Assembly (NCBI GenBank): GCA_043743315.1
Contig: JAYTWS010000066.1
Location: 1-47,042 of the forward strand
Source of the DNA: Chloroflexota bacterium
Lineage (GTDB): Bacteria; Chloroflexota; Limnocylindria; Limnocylindrales; CSP1-4
Reading direction: 5' to 3'
DNA: 47,042 bases
Shown: positions 32,328 to 40,590 of the stretch, piece by piece
Layout of the letters: each line of letters opens with the position of its first letter
Position numbering within the stretch: the stretch's first letter is position 1
The notes under the pieces: generated by a model
What the model was told of the DNA's origin: nothing
What the model saw: the letters and a program-made list of their open reading frames with translations, nothing else
Database searches by the model: none
Translations under genes and position numbers: made by a program

Positions 32328-33484
32328 AGGGTCACCTCCTCGCCCGCGAGGAGCAGTCGTCCGAGCCGAAGGATGTCGCGCGCCTCGACGGCGGCATCGG
32401 CGTTGTCGGCGGCCTCGAATTCCGCGATGCTGGCCTCGATATCCCGGACGAATGCGCCGAGGATCGTGTCCTCGGGCGGCATCGGTCCCTCCGACAGCGG
32501 CGGGACGGATCGATCGCGAACCCGGACCTTGAGGAACGAGTCGGCCAGCGCTGCCTCGATCTCCTCCTCATGGATATCGAGCGCATCCGGGCGGACGCCG
32601 ATGAGCCGGACATCCATGACGATGTCCGGGTTGGCCAGCATCTGCAGGTCTTCGATCAGGCCGGCCTGCGAGGCCAGCGTGGCGGCGTCGACATCGAACT
32701 TCTGGAATCCGGTCCGGCCGACCCGGCGCTCCTTGACCTGGACGTCGCGCACGCCGTCGTGCAGGTCGAGACTGACCAACAGGACGTTGCCGGCGCGATC
32801 CTGGTCCAAGGCGACGGGCTCCGGTGCACCGGAGTAGGCATGGACCGTGTTGCCTGCCTTGCCCTTGCTCGACGAGTGCCAATGGCCCAGCGCGAGGTAG
32901 TCGAGTTTGCTGGCCGCAATTTCTTCAGTCGTGATCACGACCTCGTCGTGCTCGGTCTGCTTCGGGATGGCCACGGATCCGTGGACCATGCCGATCTGCC
33001 AGGTGGACGGATCCCCGCTCACGTCGAGCCCGTCCAGGGGTGACCGGGGAGCCCGCTTCGTGGCGAATACCTGCGCGTGGATGGTGACGTCGAGCGCCTC
33101 GATCCGGACCGACGCCTGCTCGGGAGTGAGCAGGGTGACGAAGTCCGATCCGCTGGCTCCGGCGAGGGCCGGGAGGTCGTAGGAGCGGTAGATGGACGCC
33201 CGGTCGTAGACATCATGCGTGCCCGGGATCAGGACGCTCCGGATCCGCTCGTCGACGAGGCGTTTCAGTTCGGCCGCGACGCGGTCAACCGATCGGCGCG
33301 GTTGCACGTTCGAATCGAACAGGTCGCCGGCGATGAGGAAGAGATCGACCTTCTCGGCGATCGCGAGATCCACGCTGGCACGGAATGCGGCGAATTGCCG
33401 TTCGCGCTGGGCGGTGGCGGCTTCCCCGAGATCGGCGTGTCGCGCCCCGAGGTGGACGTCAGCCGTGTGGAGCAGTCGAAGCAT
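32324..33484 (-). CDS. SbcD/Mre11-like metallophosphoesterase (YhaO type)
   Basis: MLRLLHTADVHLG, FLIAGDLFD, GTHD and LALGHWH are calcineurin-like phosphoesterase motifs. Start at ATG 33484 with GGGGAGG upstream. GTGA overlap with the ATPase gene (32324-32327). Confidence 0.85.
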   Translation of the reverse strand: MLRLLHTADVHLGARHADLGEAATAQRERQFAAFRASVDLAIAEKVDLFLIAGDLFDSNVQPRRSVDRVAAELKRLVDERIRSVLIPGTHDVYDRASIYRSYDLPALAGASGSDFVTLLTPEQASVRIEALDVTIHAQVFATKRAPRSPLDGLDVSGDPSTWQIGMVHGSVAIPKQTEHDEVVITTEEIAASKLDYLALGHWHSSSKGKAGNTVHAYSGAPEPVALDQDRAGNVLLVSLDLHDGVRDVQVKERRVGRTGFQKFDVDAATLASQAGLIEDLQMLANPDIVMDVRLIGVRPDALDIHEEEIEAALADSFLKVRVRDRSVPPLSEGPMPPEDTILGAFVRDIEASIAEFEAADNADAAVEARDILRLGRLLLAGEEVTL

Positions 33485-33900
33485 CCGGTCCGTGGCCTCC
33501 CCGTGCCATCTTCCTGCGCGACGGCTCGCGGGGCACCCGAACCCGTCCGGGCCGACGGAACCACCTCGACGGCAGCGTCCGACGGCCCCACGGGTCCTGG
33601 CCAACGAGGCGCCCCCATTGCTCCTCGTCCGCCACCCGAACCATCGCCCGTCATTGTGACAGGTAGGCTGTCACGACTCCCCGGCAGTTCGCAGAAAGGC
33701 TGAACCGACCGCGCGAGGCCCGGATTCGGGCCACCGCGCCGATCCGATGTATCGTTGGGTTCAACGAAATCACCGGTGCGCCCCGCCCAAGGGACTCCAC
33801 ATCGGCACCAAGGGTCGCGCGGCCCCGGCTCGACGCCATTCCGGGTCCTGCCGATCCCTGGGGCGTCGCACCACGCTGACCATCGCGCTCGGAGGCTCCC

Positions 33901-34233
33901 GTGACCTACGCTGACCGGACACTCACCTGCGTCGACTGCAGTCAGGAATTCATTCACTCGGCCGACGATCAGAAGTACTACTCGGAGAAGGGGTTCTCGT
34001 CCGAGCCCAAGCGCTGCGTGTCCTGCCGAGCCAGCCGTCGAGCGGCTCGCGACGGCGGCGGCTACGACGCCCACGACCTGGGCGGCCCGCGCGGCTACGA
34101 AAGCGGCGGCGGACGCGAGTTCTTCGCGGTGCTCTGCTCCGACTGCGGCAACCAGGCCCAGGTCCCGTTCCGCCCGCGGATGGACCGTCCGGTCTACTGC
34201 TCCGACTGCTTCCGCAAGGTCCGCCCCGACTGA
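33901..34233 (+). CDS. Zinc-ribbon protein with two CxxC...CxxC modules
   Basis: 110 aa. The modules are CVDCSQEF-x21-CVSCR and CSDCGNQAQVPFRPRMDRPVYCSDCF, joined by a G/R-rich linker. GTG start with GGAGG upstream. Confidence 0.75.
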   Translation: MTYADRTLTCVDCSQEFIHSADDQKYYSEKGFSSEPKRCVSCRASRRAARDGGGYDAHDLGGPRGYESGGGREFFAVLCSDCGNQAQVPFRPRMDRPVYCSDCFRKVRPD

Positions 34234-34267
34234 CCTCGAACGCCCGGAGCGGCGGGCCCGTGCCGGA

Positions 34268-34975
34268 TCAGAGCCGAAACGTTTCTCCGCGCCGGTAGCG
34301 CTCGCGACGTCGCCCACGCCACACGGTGACCCGGCCGCGCCCGTGGACCTGGCAATTGCCATCGCGCGTGACGACCGCCGTGTCCTCGTCGATCCCAAGG
34401 ACCACGATGTGACGCGGTGCCTGGAGCACCATGAGCGCCAGAATCGCCTCGGGCCACGCGTCGTAATGCGGCAGGACCGCGACACCCGGCACCAGCGACG
34501 CGCCCGCGGACCACCGCATCGGCCAGGGCGGTTTGCGCCGACGGAAGTCGGCCTGGACCTCGGCGACCGCCATGGCACCCGCCGAGCAACCCGCGATGAC
34601 CGCGCCTCGCGCGTGGGCCGCTCTGATCGATCCCCCGAGCGGACTGCCCGAGAGGACCGAGCGCAGGTGGTCGGGCTTGCCGCCCGATAGGTAGACGAGA
34701 TCTGCCTCGCCGATCGCCTGGAGCGCGGCAGCATCGAATCCCTCTTCGACCGTCCGGACGAGGACGCACTCGACTTCGGCTCCCAGAGCGGCAAAGTGGG
34801 ACCGACCCATCTCCGCCCATCCCCGAAAGACCGCGTCACCGTCGGGCGCGCTGGCCGTCGGCAGGATCGCGACGCGCGGACGAGGGCGAGAGATGCCGTC
34901 AAGCAGGAGGCGATCCAGCGTGGCCATTCCGGGCAGGAACTCGCCCGCACCGATCAGGGCGACGGGTCCGGACAT
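34268..34975 (-). CDS. Peptidase S51 family (cyanophycinase/dipeptidase E-like) protein
   Basis: VAILPTAS...ADLVYLSGGKP...GAVIAGCSAGAM has the nucleophile Ser in a G-x-S-A-G context. Start at ATG 34975 (MSGPVALIGAGE). Confidence 0.75.
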   Translation of the reverse strand: MSGPVALIGAGEFLPGMATLDRLLLDGISRPRPRVAILPTASAPDGDAVFRGWAEMGRSHFAALGAEVECVLVRTVEEGFDAAALQAIGEADLVYLSGGKPDHLRSVLSGSPLGGSIRAAHARGAVIAGCSAGAMAVAEVQADFRRRKPPWPMRWSAGASLVPGVAVLPHYDAWPEAILALMVLQAPRHIVVLGIDEDTAVVTRDGNCQVHGRGRVTVWRGRRRERYRRGETFRL

Positions 34976-34982
34976 GCCTCGG

Positions 34983-34988
34983 AGTCTA
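34983..34988 (-). promoter_or_regulatory. -10-like hexamer TAGACT, 7 nt upstream of the S51 peptidase ATG
   Basis: The minus strand reads TAGACT-ccgaggc-ATG(34975). Confidence 0.4.
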
Positions 34989-35020
34989 GCCTCAATGTCG
35001 CGATCAGCAACGGGGCACCC

Positions 35021-35026
35021 TACACT
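35021..35026 (+). promoter_or_regulatory. -10-like hexamer TACACT, 7 nt upstream of the DHA2-MFS ATG
   Basis: The sequence is TACACT-ccggcgc-ATG(35034). Confidence 0.4.
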
Positions 35027-35033
35027 CCGGCGC

Positions 35034-36614
35034 ATGACGTCCTCATCTCGCGGCGCCCTGGCGGCCGCCATCATCGGGTCGGCGATCGTCTTCCTCGACG
35101 GCACGATCGTGAACATCGCCCTGCCGCGGATCGGCGCGACCCTGCCTGCTGTGGCGATCGGTGTCCTCGAGGGCCAGGTCTACATCGTGGCTGGGTACAT
35201 GGCGACGCTGGCCGCCTTCCTCCTGCTGGCGGGGGCTCTGGGTGATCGCTATGGACGGCGGCGGATCTTCCTCATCGGGCTCGTCGGCTTCGGTATCGCC
35301 TCGATTCTCTGTGCGCTGGCACCATCGCTCGACGTCCTCGCCGCGGCGCGGCTGCTCCAGGGGGTGGCCGGCGCCATGCTCGTGCCGGGCTCGCTGGCGA
35401 TCATCACGGCGACCTTCGTGGGCGCCGAACGCGGACGTGCCTTCGGGATCTGGGCGGCGTCGACATCGGTCGTGGCCATCTTCGGGCCACCGGTGGGTGG
35501 CGCGCTCGTCGAGCTCTATGGCTGGCCGAGCATCTTCCTGATGAACGCCCCGCTCGTCGTGCTTGGCATGATCCTGACCCTCCGGTACGTGCCGGAGCTT
35601 CGTGCCACCACGACCCAGGGACGATTCGACTCGATCGGCGCCATCGTCGCTGCGATCGCCGTGGGCGGCCTGGCGTTCGGGGCCATTCGCGGACAGCAGG
35701 TCGCCTGGTCCGAGGCCGGTCCCTTCGTGATGCTCGGCGTCGGGTTCATCGCCTTGGCCGCGTTCCCCATCCTCATGATCCGGCGGCGTGACCCGTTGGT
35801 TCCACCCGAGATGTTCCGGAATCCCACGTTCGCCGCGATCAACGTCTCGACGGTCCTGATCTACGCCGCGCTCTACGTCCTGCTCTACATGCAAAGCCTG
35901 TTCCTCCAGGGCGTGCTCGGCTATACGCCGCTGGCCGCGGCCCTGGTCAGTCTGCCGACGGGCCTCGCCCTGGCCTTGATCTCCGCCTGGGCGGGCGTGC
36001 TCGCAGGCCGCTACGGCGCGCGGCGTTTCCTGGTGGGTGGGCCGTTACTGATGGCTGCCGGCACGCTGTGGTGGCTTCGGGTCCCGAGCGATTCGACGCC
36101 CTGGCTCGCCCGGCCAGGCGACCCCGCCTCCCTTGTCCCGCCGCTCGCCGCACTCATCGATCCGCTGCCGGCGGTCCTGGCGTTCGGGATCGGGATCGCG
36201 TTCGTGGTGGCACCCCTGACCTCGACCCTGATGAGCTCCGTGGCGGTCGAGCGAGCCGGCCTGGCGTCGGCCATCAACAACGCCCTGTCAAGGGTCGGTC
36301 AGCCCCTCGCTTCGGCCGTCATCTTCATCCTGATCACGGAGCGCTTCTATGCCTCGCTCGCGGCGGCGGTGCCGGGCCTGGATCCCCGGTCGGCGGCGCT
36401 CCGAACGTCGATCCAGCCGCTCAACGCCCCGCATCCGTCGGTCGGCGCGGCGATCGAACAAGCCGCTCGCCTCGCCTCGACGGATGCGTTCCACGCCACG
36501 GTCCTCGTCGTCGCGGCACTGCTGCTCGCCGGCGCCTGGGTCAACTGGCGCTGGCTCCGGGACACGCCGCGAACAGACGCAGCCCCGATTCCCGCTTCCC
36601 CGGCTGTCGGCTAG
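35034..36614 (+). CDS. MFS transporter, DHA2/EmrB-like 14-TM drug:H+ antiporter type
   Basis: Starts MTSSSRGALAAAIIGSAIVFLDGTIVNIALPRIG and contains LGDRYGRRRIF. Its 526-aa length fits a 14-helix MFS. Confidence 0.85.
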   Translation: MTSSSRGALAAAIIGSAIVFLDGTIVNIALPRIGATLPAVAIGVLEGQVYIVAGYMATLAAFLLLAGALGDRYGRRRIFLIGLVGFGIASILCALAPSLDVLAAARLLQGVAGAMLVPGSLAIITATFVGAERGRAFGIWAASTSVVAIFGPPVGGALVELYGWPSIFLMNAPLVVLGMILTLRYVPELRATTTQGRFDSIGAIVAAIAVGGLAFGAIRGQQVAWSEAGPFVMLGVGFIALAAFPILMIRRRDPLVPPEMFRNPTFAAINVSTVLIYAALYVLLYMQSLFLQGVLGYTPLAAALVSLPTGLALALISAWAGVLAGRYGARRFLVGGPLLMAAGTLWWLRVPSDSTPWLARPGDPASLVPPLAALIDPLPAVLAFGIGIAFVVAPLTSTLMSSVAVERAGLASAINNALSRVGQPLASAVIFILITERFYASLAAAVPGLDPRSAALRTSIQPLNAPHPSVGAAIEQAARLASTDAFHATVLVVAALLLAGAWVNWRWLRDTPRTDAAPIPASPAVG

Positions 36615-36720
36615 GACGCCTTCGACCGTCACCCAGGGCCGATTCCGACATTGACCCGGCGCTCGCGCGGCGCGCATGATCGCGACGCCCACGCAATCAC
36701 AGCGAAACTTGGAGGGAAGC

Positions 36721-37491
36721 ATGGCGCTCTTTGGTGGTAAGTCCTCGTCACAGTTGACCCTTACGGATGCGCTCATGGTCGGATTCCGGACGGTGCTCCA
36801 ACCCAACTTCATCATCCCGATCATCGTGATCGGCGCCATCGTCAATGTCATCGTGATCGCCGCCATCGTGCCGATCGTGACCAGCCTGGTCCTCGGCGGA
36901 TCGACCGGGGACTCCACGCTCGTCGGGGGCGCGATCGTTGGCAGTATTCTCGGTGCCGTGATCGCCGGAATCGTCGGCGGTCTGATCCTGAACCTGTATG
37001 GCCAGGTCTGGGCCACGATGGCGAGTGTTGGCGATGCGCCGAAAGTCAAAGCGGCATTCACCCGGGTCGGCGAGCGCTGGGTGGGCATGCTCGGAGCCGG
37101 GATCATCACCGGCGGCATCACCCTCGGGATCATCATTGTCGGCGGCATCATTGCCGCCCTCCTCGGGGCGCTGGGCGCCCTCGTCATGATCGTCGCGGTC
37201 GTGGCGGCCATCTACATCGGTGCCCGTTTGTCCATGAGCGGCTGGCTTGCGGCCGACGGCGCGGCGGCGATGGAAGCCGTCAATGGGTCGTGGGCGCTGA
37301 CCCAGGGCAAGCTGCTGCTGATCGTCGGCTGGGGCCTGGCCTTCGCGGTCGTCTTCGGGATCATCGGCTTCATCATCAGCGCCGTCCTCGGCATCGTCCC
37401 GGTCGTCGGACCCGCACTCTCGCAGGCGATCGTGTCCGCGTTCGGATTCGGGGCCGGCGTGACCCTGTACCGCAAGGTCAAGGGCGACTGA
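36721..37491 (+). CDS. Polytopic membrane protein of unknown function (G/I/V-rich helices)
   Basis: Start at ATG 36721 (MALFGGKSS...), preceded by GGAGGG. It has about 5-6 hydrophobic segments. I recognise no motif. Confidence 0.65.
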   Translation: MALFGGKSSSQLTLTDALMVGFRTVLQPNFIIPIIVIGAIVNVIVIAAIVPIVTSLVLGGSTGDSTLVGGAIVGSILGAVIAGIVGGLILNLYGQVWATMASVGDAPKVKAAFTRVGERWVGMLGAGIITGGITLGIIIVGGIIAALLGALGALVMIVAVVAAIYIGARLSMSGWLAADGAAAMEAVNGSWALTQGKLLLIVGWGLAFAVVFGIIGFIISAVLGIVPVVGPALSQAIVSAFGFGAGVTLYRKVKGD

Positions 37492-37511
37492 GCGGTCACC
37501 TCCTCAGCCGG

Positions 37512-37539
37512 CAACGGCCTCGCCCGACGGCGGGGCCGT
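37512..37539 (+). terminator. Intrinsic-terminator-like hairpin after the membrane protein gene
   Basis: AACGGCCTCGCC-cgac-GGCGGGGCCGTT forms a 12-bp stem with one G-U pair, followed by CTGATT. It lies 21 nt after the stop at 37491. Confidence 0.55.
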
Positions 37540-37617
37540 TCTGATTCCCGGCGCCGTCACGGATCGATCCGTGGGTCGTCACCGCCCGTCGCCGGCCGCG
37601 GGAGCCGCGGACGCCGA

Positions 37618-38178
37618 TCAGCCGCGACCGGTGCGGAATGCCTCGCCGTGCCCAGGGATGACGATGTCCGCCGCTCCGAGGATCCGCGCACGGCCACGCT
37701 CGATGGCTGCCTGATCGACACCCAGCGGATCGACCGCCGGCGTCCGATCGGCCTTCCACCACAGGTGGGTCAGGGCGTAGACGGCGTCGTCCGCCTCGAT
37801 GATCAGCGACGCGTCCTCGTCGGTGTGCCCCGGCGTGAGCCACAGCCGTGTCCGGGGCGACAGCGCGTACCCATCGCCATCATGGTCGAGCCACAGGTCG
37901 TCCCGGTAGCGGGCCCAGAAGTCGACCACCTCGGCGTTCGGGAACAGCGCGATGTTGACCGTGTGATCCGGGTGATGGTGGCTCAGGAAGACATGGGTCA
38001 CGGCCTCGGGGGCGACGCCGAGGGCGGCCATCGGATCGAGGATCAGGTTGCGTGAGGCCACCATGCCCGGGTCGGCCACGATGATCGCGTCGGCATCCCG
38101 CACGAGGGTGACCGACCCACCGACGCGGCCTTCGTCGCGGATGTACCCGGGATGGAGCAGGTTGACCGTGGTGCGCAT
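37618..38178 (-). CDS. MBL-fold metallo-hydrolase
   Basis: 186 aa. It has the HxHxDH motif (LSHHHPDH), plus TPGHT and PGHG. Confidence 0.85.
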   Translation of the reverse strand: MRTTVNLLHPGYIRDEGRVGGSVTLVRDADAIIVADPGMVASRNLILDPMAALGVAPEAVTHVFLSHHHPDHTVNIALFPNAEVVDFWARYRDDLWLDHDGDGYALSPRTRLWLTPGHTDEDASLIIEADDAVYALTHLWWKADRTPAVDPLGVDQAAIERGRARILGAADIVIPGHGEAFRTGRG

Positions 38179-38184
38179 GGCGCG

Positions 38185-38190
38185 ATCCTA
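38185..38190 (-). promoter_or_regulatory. -10-like hexamer TAGGAT, 6 nt upstream of the MBL hydrolase ATG (leaderless-type)
   Basis: The minus strand reads TAGGAT-cgcgcc-ATG(38178). Confidence 0.45.
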
Positions 38191-38214
38191 CCGCCCGCCA
38201 CCGTCGGCCGCGGG

Positions 38215-38220
38215 TACAGT
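38215..38220 (+). promoter_or_regulatory. -10-like hexamer TACAGT, 6 nt upstream of the amidohydrolase ATG (leaderless-type)
   Basis: The sequence is TACAGT-gcgccg-ATG(38227). It sits back to back with the MBL promoter in a 48-bp spacer. Confidence 0.45.
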
Positions 38221-38226
38221 GCGCCG

Positions 38227-39951
38227 ATGGATGAACAGCCGACGGACCTGATCCTCTTTGGTGGCCGCATCCGGACCATGGAGCCGCGCGATGGGGATGG
38301 GCTGGCGACCGGCACTCGCGCCGACGCGCCGACCGCACTCGCGGTGGCCGGGGACCGGGTCGTGGCGATCGGGCGCGATACGGCCGTGCTCGGCCTTGGT
38401 GGCCCGCGAACGCGGGTGATCGACCTTCGCGGACGGACGGTCCTCCCGGGGTTCACCGATGCGCACGTCCATCCGATCTCGGGCGGGCTTCGGCACGTCG
38501 AATGCGATCTCGATCGCTTCAGCACTGCGGCCGACCATGTCGCGGCCGTGGCGAGGTATGCGGCCTCCCATCCGGATCTCGAATGGATCGTGGGTGACGG
38601 CTGGTCGATGGAGACGTTCCCGGGCGGAATCCCACGTCGCGAGCTGCTCGACGACGTCGTTCCCGATCGACCGGTGCTCCTGACGAACCGCGATGGCCAT
38701 GGTGCGTGGGTGAACTCACGTGCCCTCGAGCTGGCCGGGGTCACGGCAACGACCCCCGATCCGGCCCTGGGCCGGATCGAGCGCGATCCGGACGGGACCC
38801 CGGTCGGCACGCTCCAGGAAGCGGCGATCGACCTGGTTCGGCGGCTGATTCCGGACCACGCGCCCGCCACGCTGGAGCAGGCGATCCGTGACGCGCAGGC
38901 CGAATTGCACGCTCTGGGGATCACTGGATGGCAGGACGCCCACGTGGATCCCGGCGGGGTCGCCGCCTATCGGGCCGTCGCGCAGTCCGGAGACCTCACC
39001 GCGCGTGTCGTGCTTTCGATGGGCATCGCCGAGCGCGAGGCCTTCGGCGGTCTCGACGGGCTCGAGGCCACCCGGGATGCGGTCCGGACGGCGGCGGTGG
39101 CGTCAGCAGCGTCGTCAGCGCCGGGTGCAGCCGACGCCTCCCGTCTCGCCGCGAGCTCGATCAAGTTCTTCCTTGATGGCGTCCTCGAGAACCGCACCGG
39201 GGCGCTCCTGGAACCGTATCTCGATGCCGACGGGCGCCCGACCGGCCGGAACGGAATGGCCAACTTCGACCCGGACGAGCTTCGGCGCCTGTCGGTCGAC
39301 CTCGATGCCCGTGGATTCCAGCTCCACTACCACGCTATCGGTGACCGGGCCGTGCGCGAGGCCCTTGATGCCATCGAGGCGGCCCGCTCGGCCAATGGCG
39401 CACGCGATGCACGCCATCACATTGCGCACATCCAGCTGATCCATCCGGATGACGTGCCGCGGTTCGCCGCACTCGGCGCGATCGCCAACGCCCAGCCGCT
39501 GTGGGCCGTCCACGAGGCGCAGATGGACGAGCTCACCATCCCGTTCCTCGGCCCGGAACGCGCCGGCTGGCAGTACCCGTTCGGCTCGCTGCTTCGAGCC
39601 GGCGCGCGGCTGGCGTTCGGTTCGGACTGGACGGTCAGCACCGCGAACCCATTTCCGCAGATCGAGGTCGCGGTTCGCCGGGTGTGGCCAGAGCGTCGCG
39701 ACACGGAACCGTTCCTGCCGGACGAGCGGCTGACACTCGACCAGGCGCTCCGGGCCGCGACGGTCGGATCCGCCTTCGTGAACCGGCAGGACGACGCTGG
39801 CTGGCTCGGTGTCGGCCGGCTCGCGGATCTCGCGATCGCGGACCGCGACATCGACGCCGCGGACGCCGGCCCGATCGGCGACACGTCCGTGGTTGCCACG
39901 ATGGTCGGTGGCGTCTTCGTTTTCGAAGGGGCCGCGCTCGAGGCGGGCTGA
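38227..39951 (+). CDS. Metal-dependent amidohydrolase (Amidohydro_3 / YtcJ-like)
   Basis: Starts MDEQPTDLILFGGRIRTM. It has GFTDAHVHP (HxH), KFFLDGVLE, HYHAIGDRA and FGSDW. An A/S-rich low-complexity insert (AAVASAASSAPGAADAS) is present. Confidence 0.85.
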   Translation: MDEQPTDLILFGGRIRTMEPRDGDGLATGTRADAPTALAVAGDRVVAIGRDTAVLGLGGPRTRVIDLRGRTVLPGFTDAHVHPISGGLRHVECDLDRFSTAADHVAAVARYAASHPDLEWIVGDGWSMETFPGGIPRRELLDDVVPDRPVLLTNRDGHGAWVNSRALELAGVTATTPDPALGRIERDPDGTPVGTLQEAAIDLVRRLIPDHAPATLEQAIRDAQAELHALGITGWQDAHVDPGGVAAYRAVAQSGDLTARVVLSMGIAEREAFGGLDGLEATRDAVRTAAVASAASSAPGAADASRLAASSIKFFLDGVLENRTGALLEPYLDADGRPTGRNGMANFDPDELRRLSVDLDARGFQLHYHAIGDRAVREALDAIEAARSANGARDARHHIAHIQLIHPDDVPRFAALGAIANAQPLWAVHEAQMDELTIPFLGPERAGWQYPFGSLLRAGARLAFGSDWTVSTANPFPQIEVAVRRVWPERRDTEPFLPDERLTLDQALRAATVGSAFVNRQDDAGWLGVGRLADLAIADRDIDAADAGPIGDTSVVATMVGGVFVFEGAALEAG

Positions 39952-39954
39952 GCC

Positions 39955-39972
39955 CGCGGATCGCTATCCGCG
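39955..39972. terminator. Hairpin between the convergent amidohydrolase and mobA genes (possible bidirectional terminator)
   Basis: CGCGGAT-cgct-ATCCGCG is a perfect 7-bp stem that overlaps the mobA stop codon. There is no U-tract. Confidence 0.3.
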
Positions 39973-40590
39973 CAGGTCGCCGGGTCGGTTCACGTCCAGG
40001 ATCGTGGTGCCGGCTGGGTCCAGGCTCAGCCAGACCGGCGTCGGGATGGCCGACGCTCCGAGCTCGGTGAGCAGGGCGTGAAGTGACCGCTCCCCTCGTC
40101 CGAGCAACGACGCCACCGCGGCCCGAGCGAGCTCGACGTCGATGGCCATCGGCAACGGCTGGACCCGTCGGGGCACCTCCAGGTTCACGGCGGCGCGACC
40201 GGATCCCACGGTCGAGGCAAGTCGCTTGAGGACCGCTGCCACCATCCTGGGCATATCACCGGCCACGACCAGGGCGACCGGCGTCTCGACGGCGTCGAGG
40301 GCGTTTGAGAGCGCGGCCAGCGGGCCGTCGAACGGCGTGGCGTCATGCACGACCTGGATCGAGCGACTGCCGCCCGGCGGCCGCCGAGGTCCAGCGCCGG
40401 ATCCGGCTGACTCGGGCGCCAGGACCAGGATGATCCGCGGGGCCACGCTCGCCAGGACGTCGACCGCGTGGTCCAGCATCGGCCTCCCGTCGATCTCGAA
40501 GGCCAGTTTGTCCGAGCCGAAGCGTGAGGATCGACCGCCCGCGAGGACGATTCCGGTGACGTCATCGAGCATCGGTACAGCCTGCATCAT
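39964..40590 (-). CDS. mobA: Molybdenum cofactor guanylyltransferase (MobA-like)
   Basis: GIVLAGGRSSRFGSDKL...DGRPML... and GPLAALSNAL...VVAGDMP fit MobA. Start at ATG 40590, overlapping the selB stop (ATGA at 40587-40590). The longer tracked ORF to 40998 is antisense to selB. Confidence 0.8.
   Translation of the reverse strand: MMQAVPMLDDVTGIVLAGGRSSRFGSDKLAFEIDGRPMLDHAVDVLASVAPRIILVLAPESAGSGAGPRRPPGGSRSIQVVHDATPFDGPLAALSNALDAVETPVALVVAGDMPRMVAAVLKRLASTVGSGRAAVNLEVPRRVQPLPMAIDVELARAAVASLLGRGERSLHALLTELGASAIPTPVWLSLDPAGTTILDVNRPGDLRG

Noticed and set aside
33752-33767. TCGTTG-N4-CAACGA as a LexA/SOS box upstream of the divergent sbcD-like and zinc-ribbon genes
   Set aside because: It superficially resembles the actinobacterial TCGAAC-N4-GTTCGA box, but the half-site sequence differs (GTTG versus GAAC). 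I kept it only as an unassigned palindrome.
33265-34950. 561-aa minus-strand ORF spanning the sbcD 5' region, the long spacer, the zinc-ribbon gene and the S51 peptidase gene
   Set aside because: It is R/S/A/P-rich with no motifs. It crosses several better-supported genes on both strands and is out of frame with the S51 gene.
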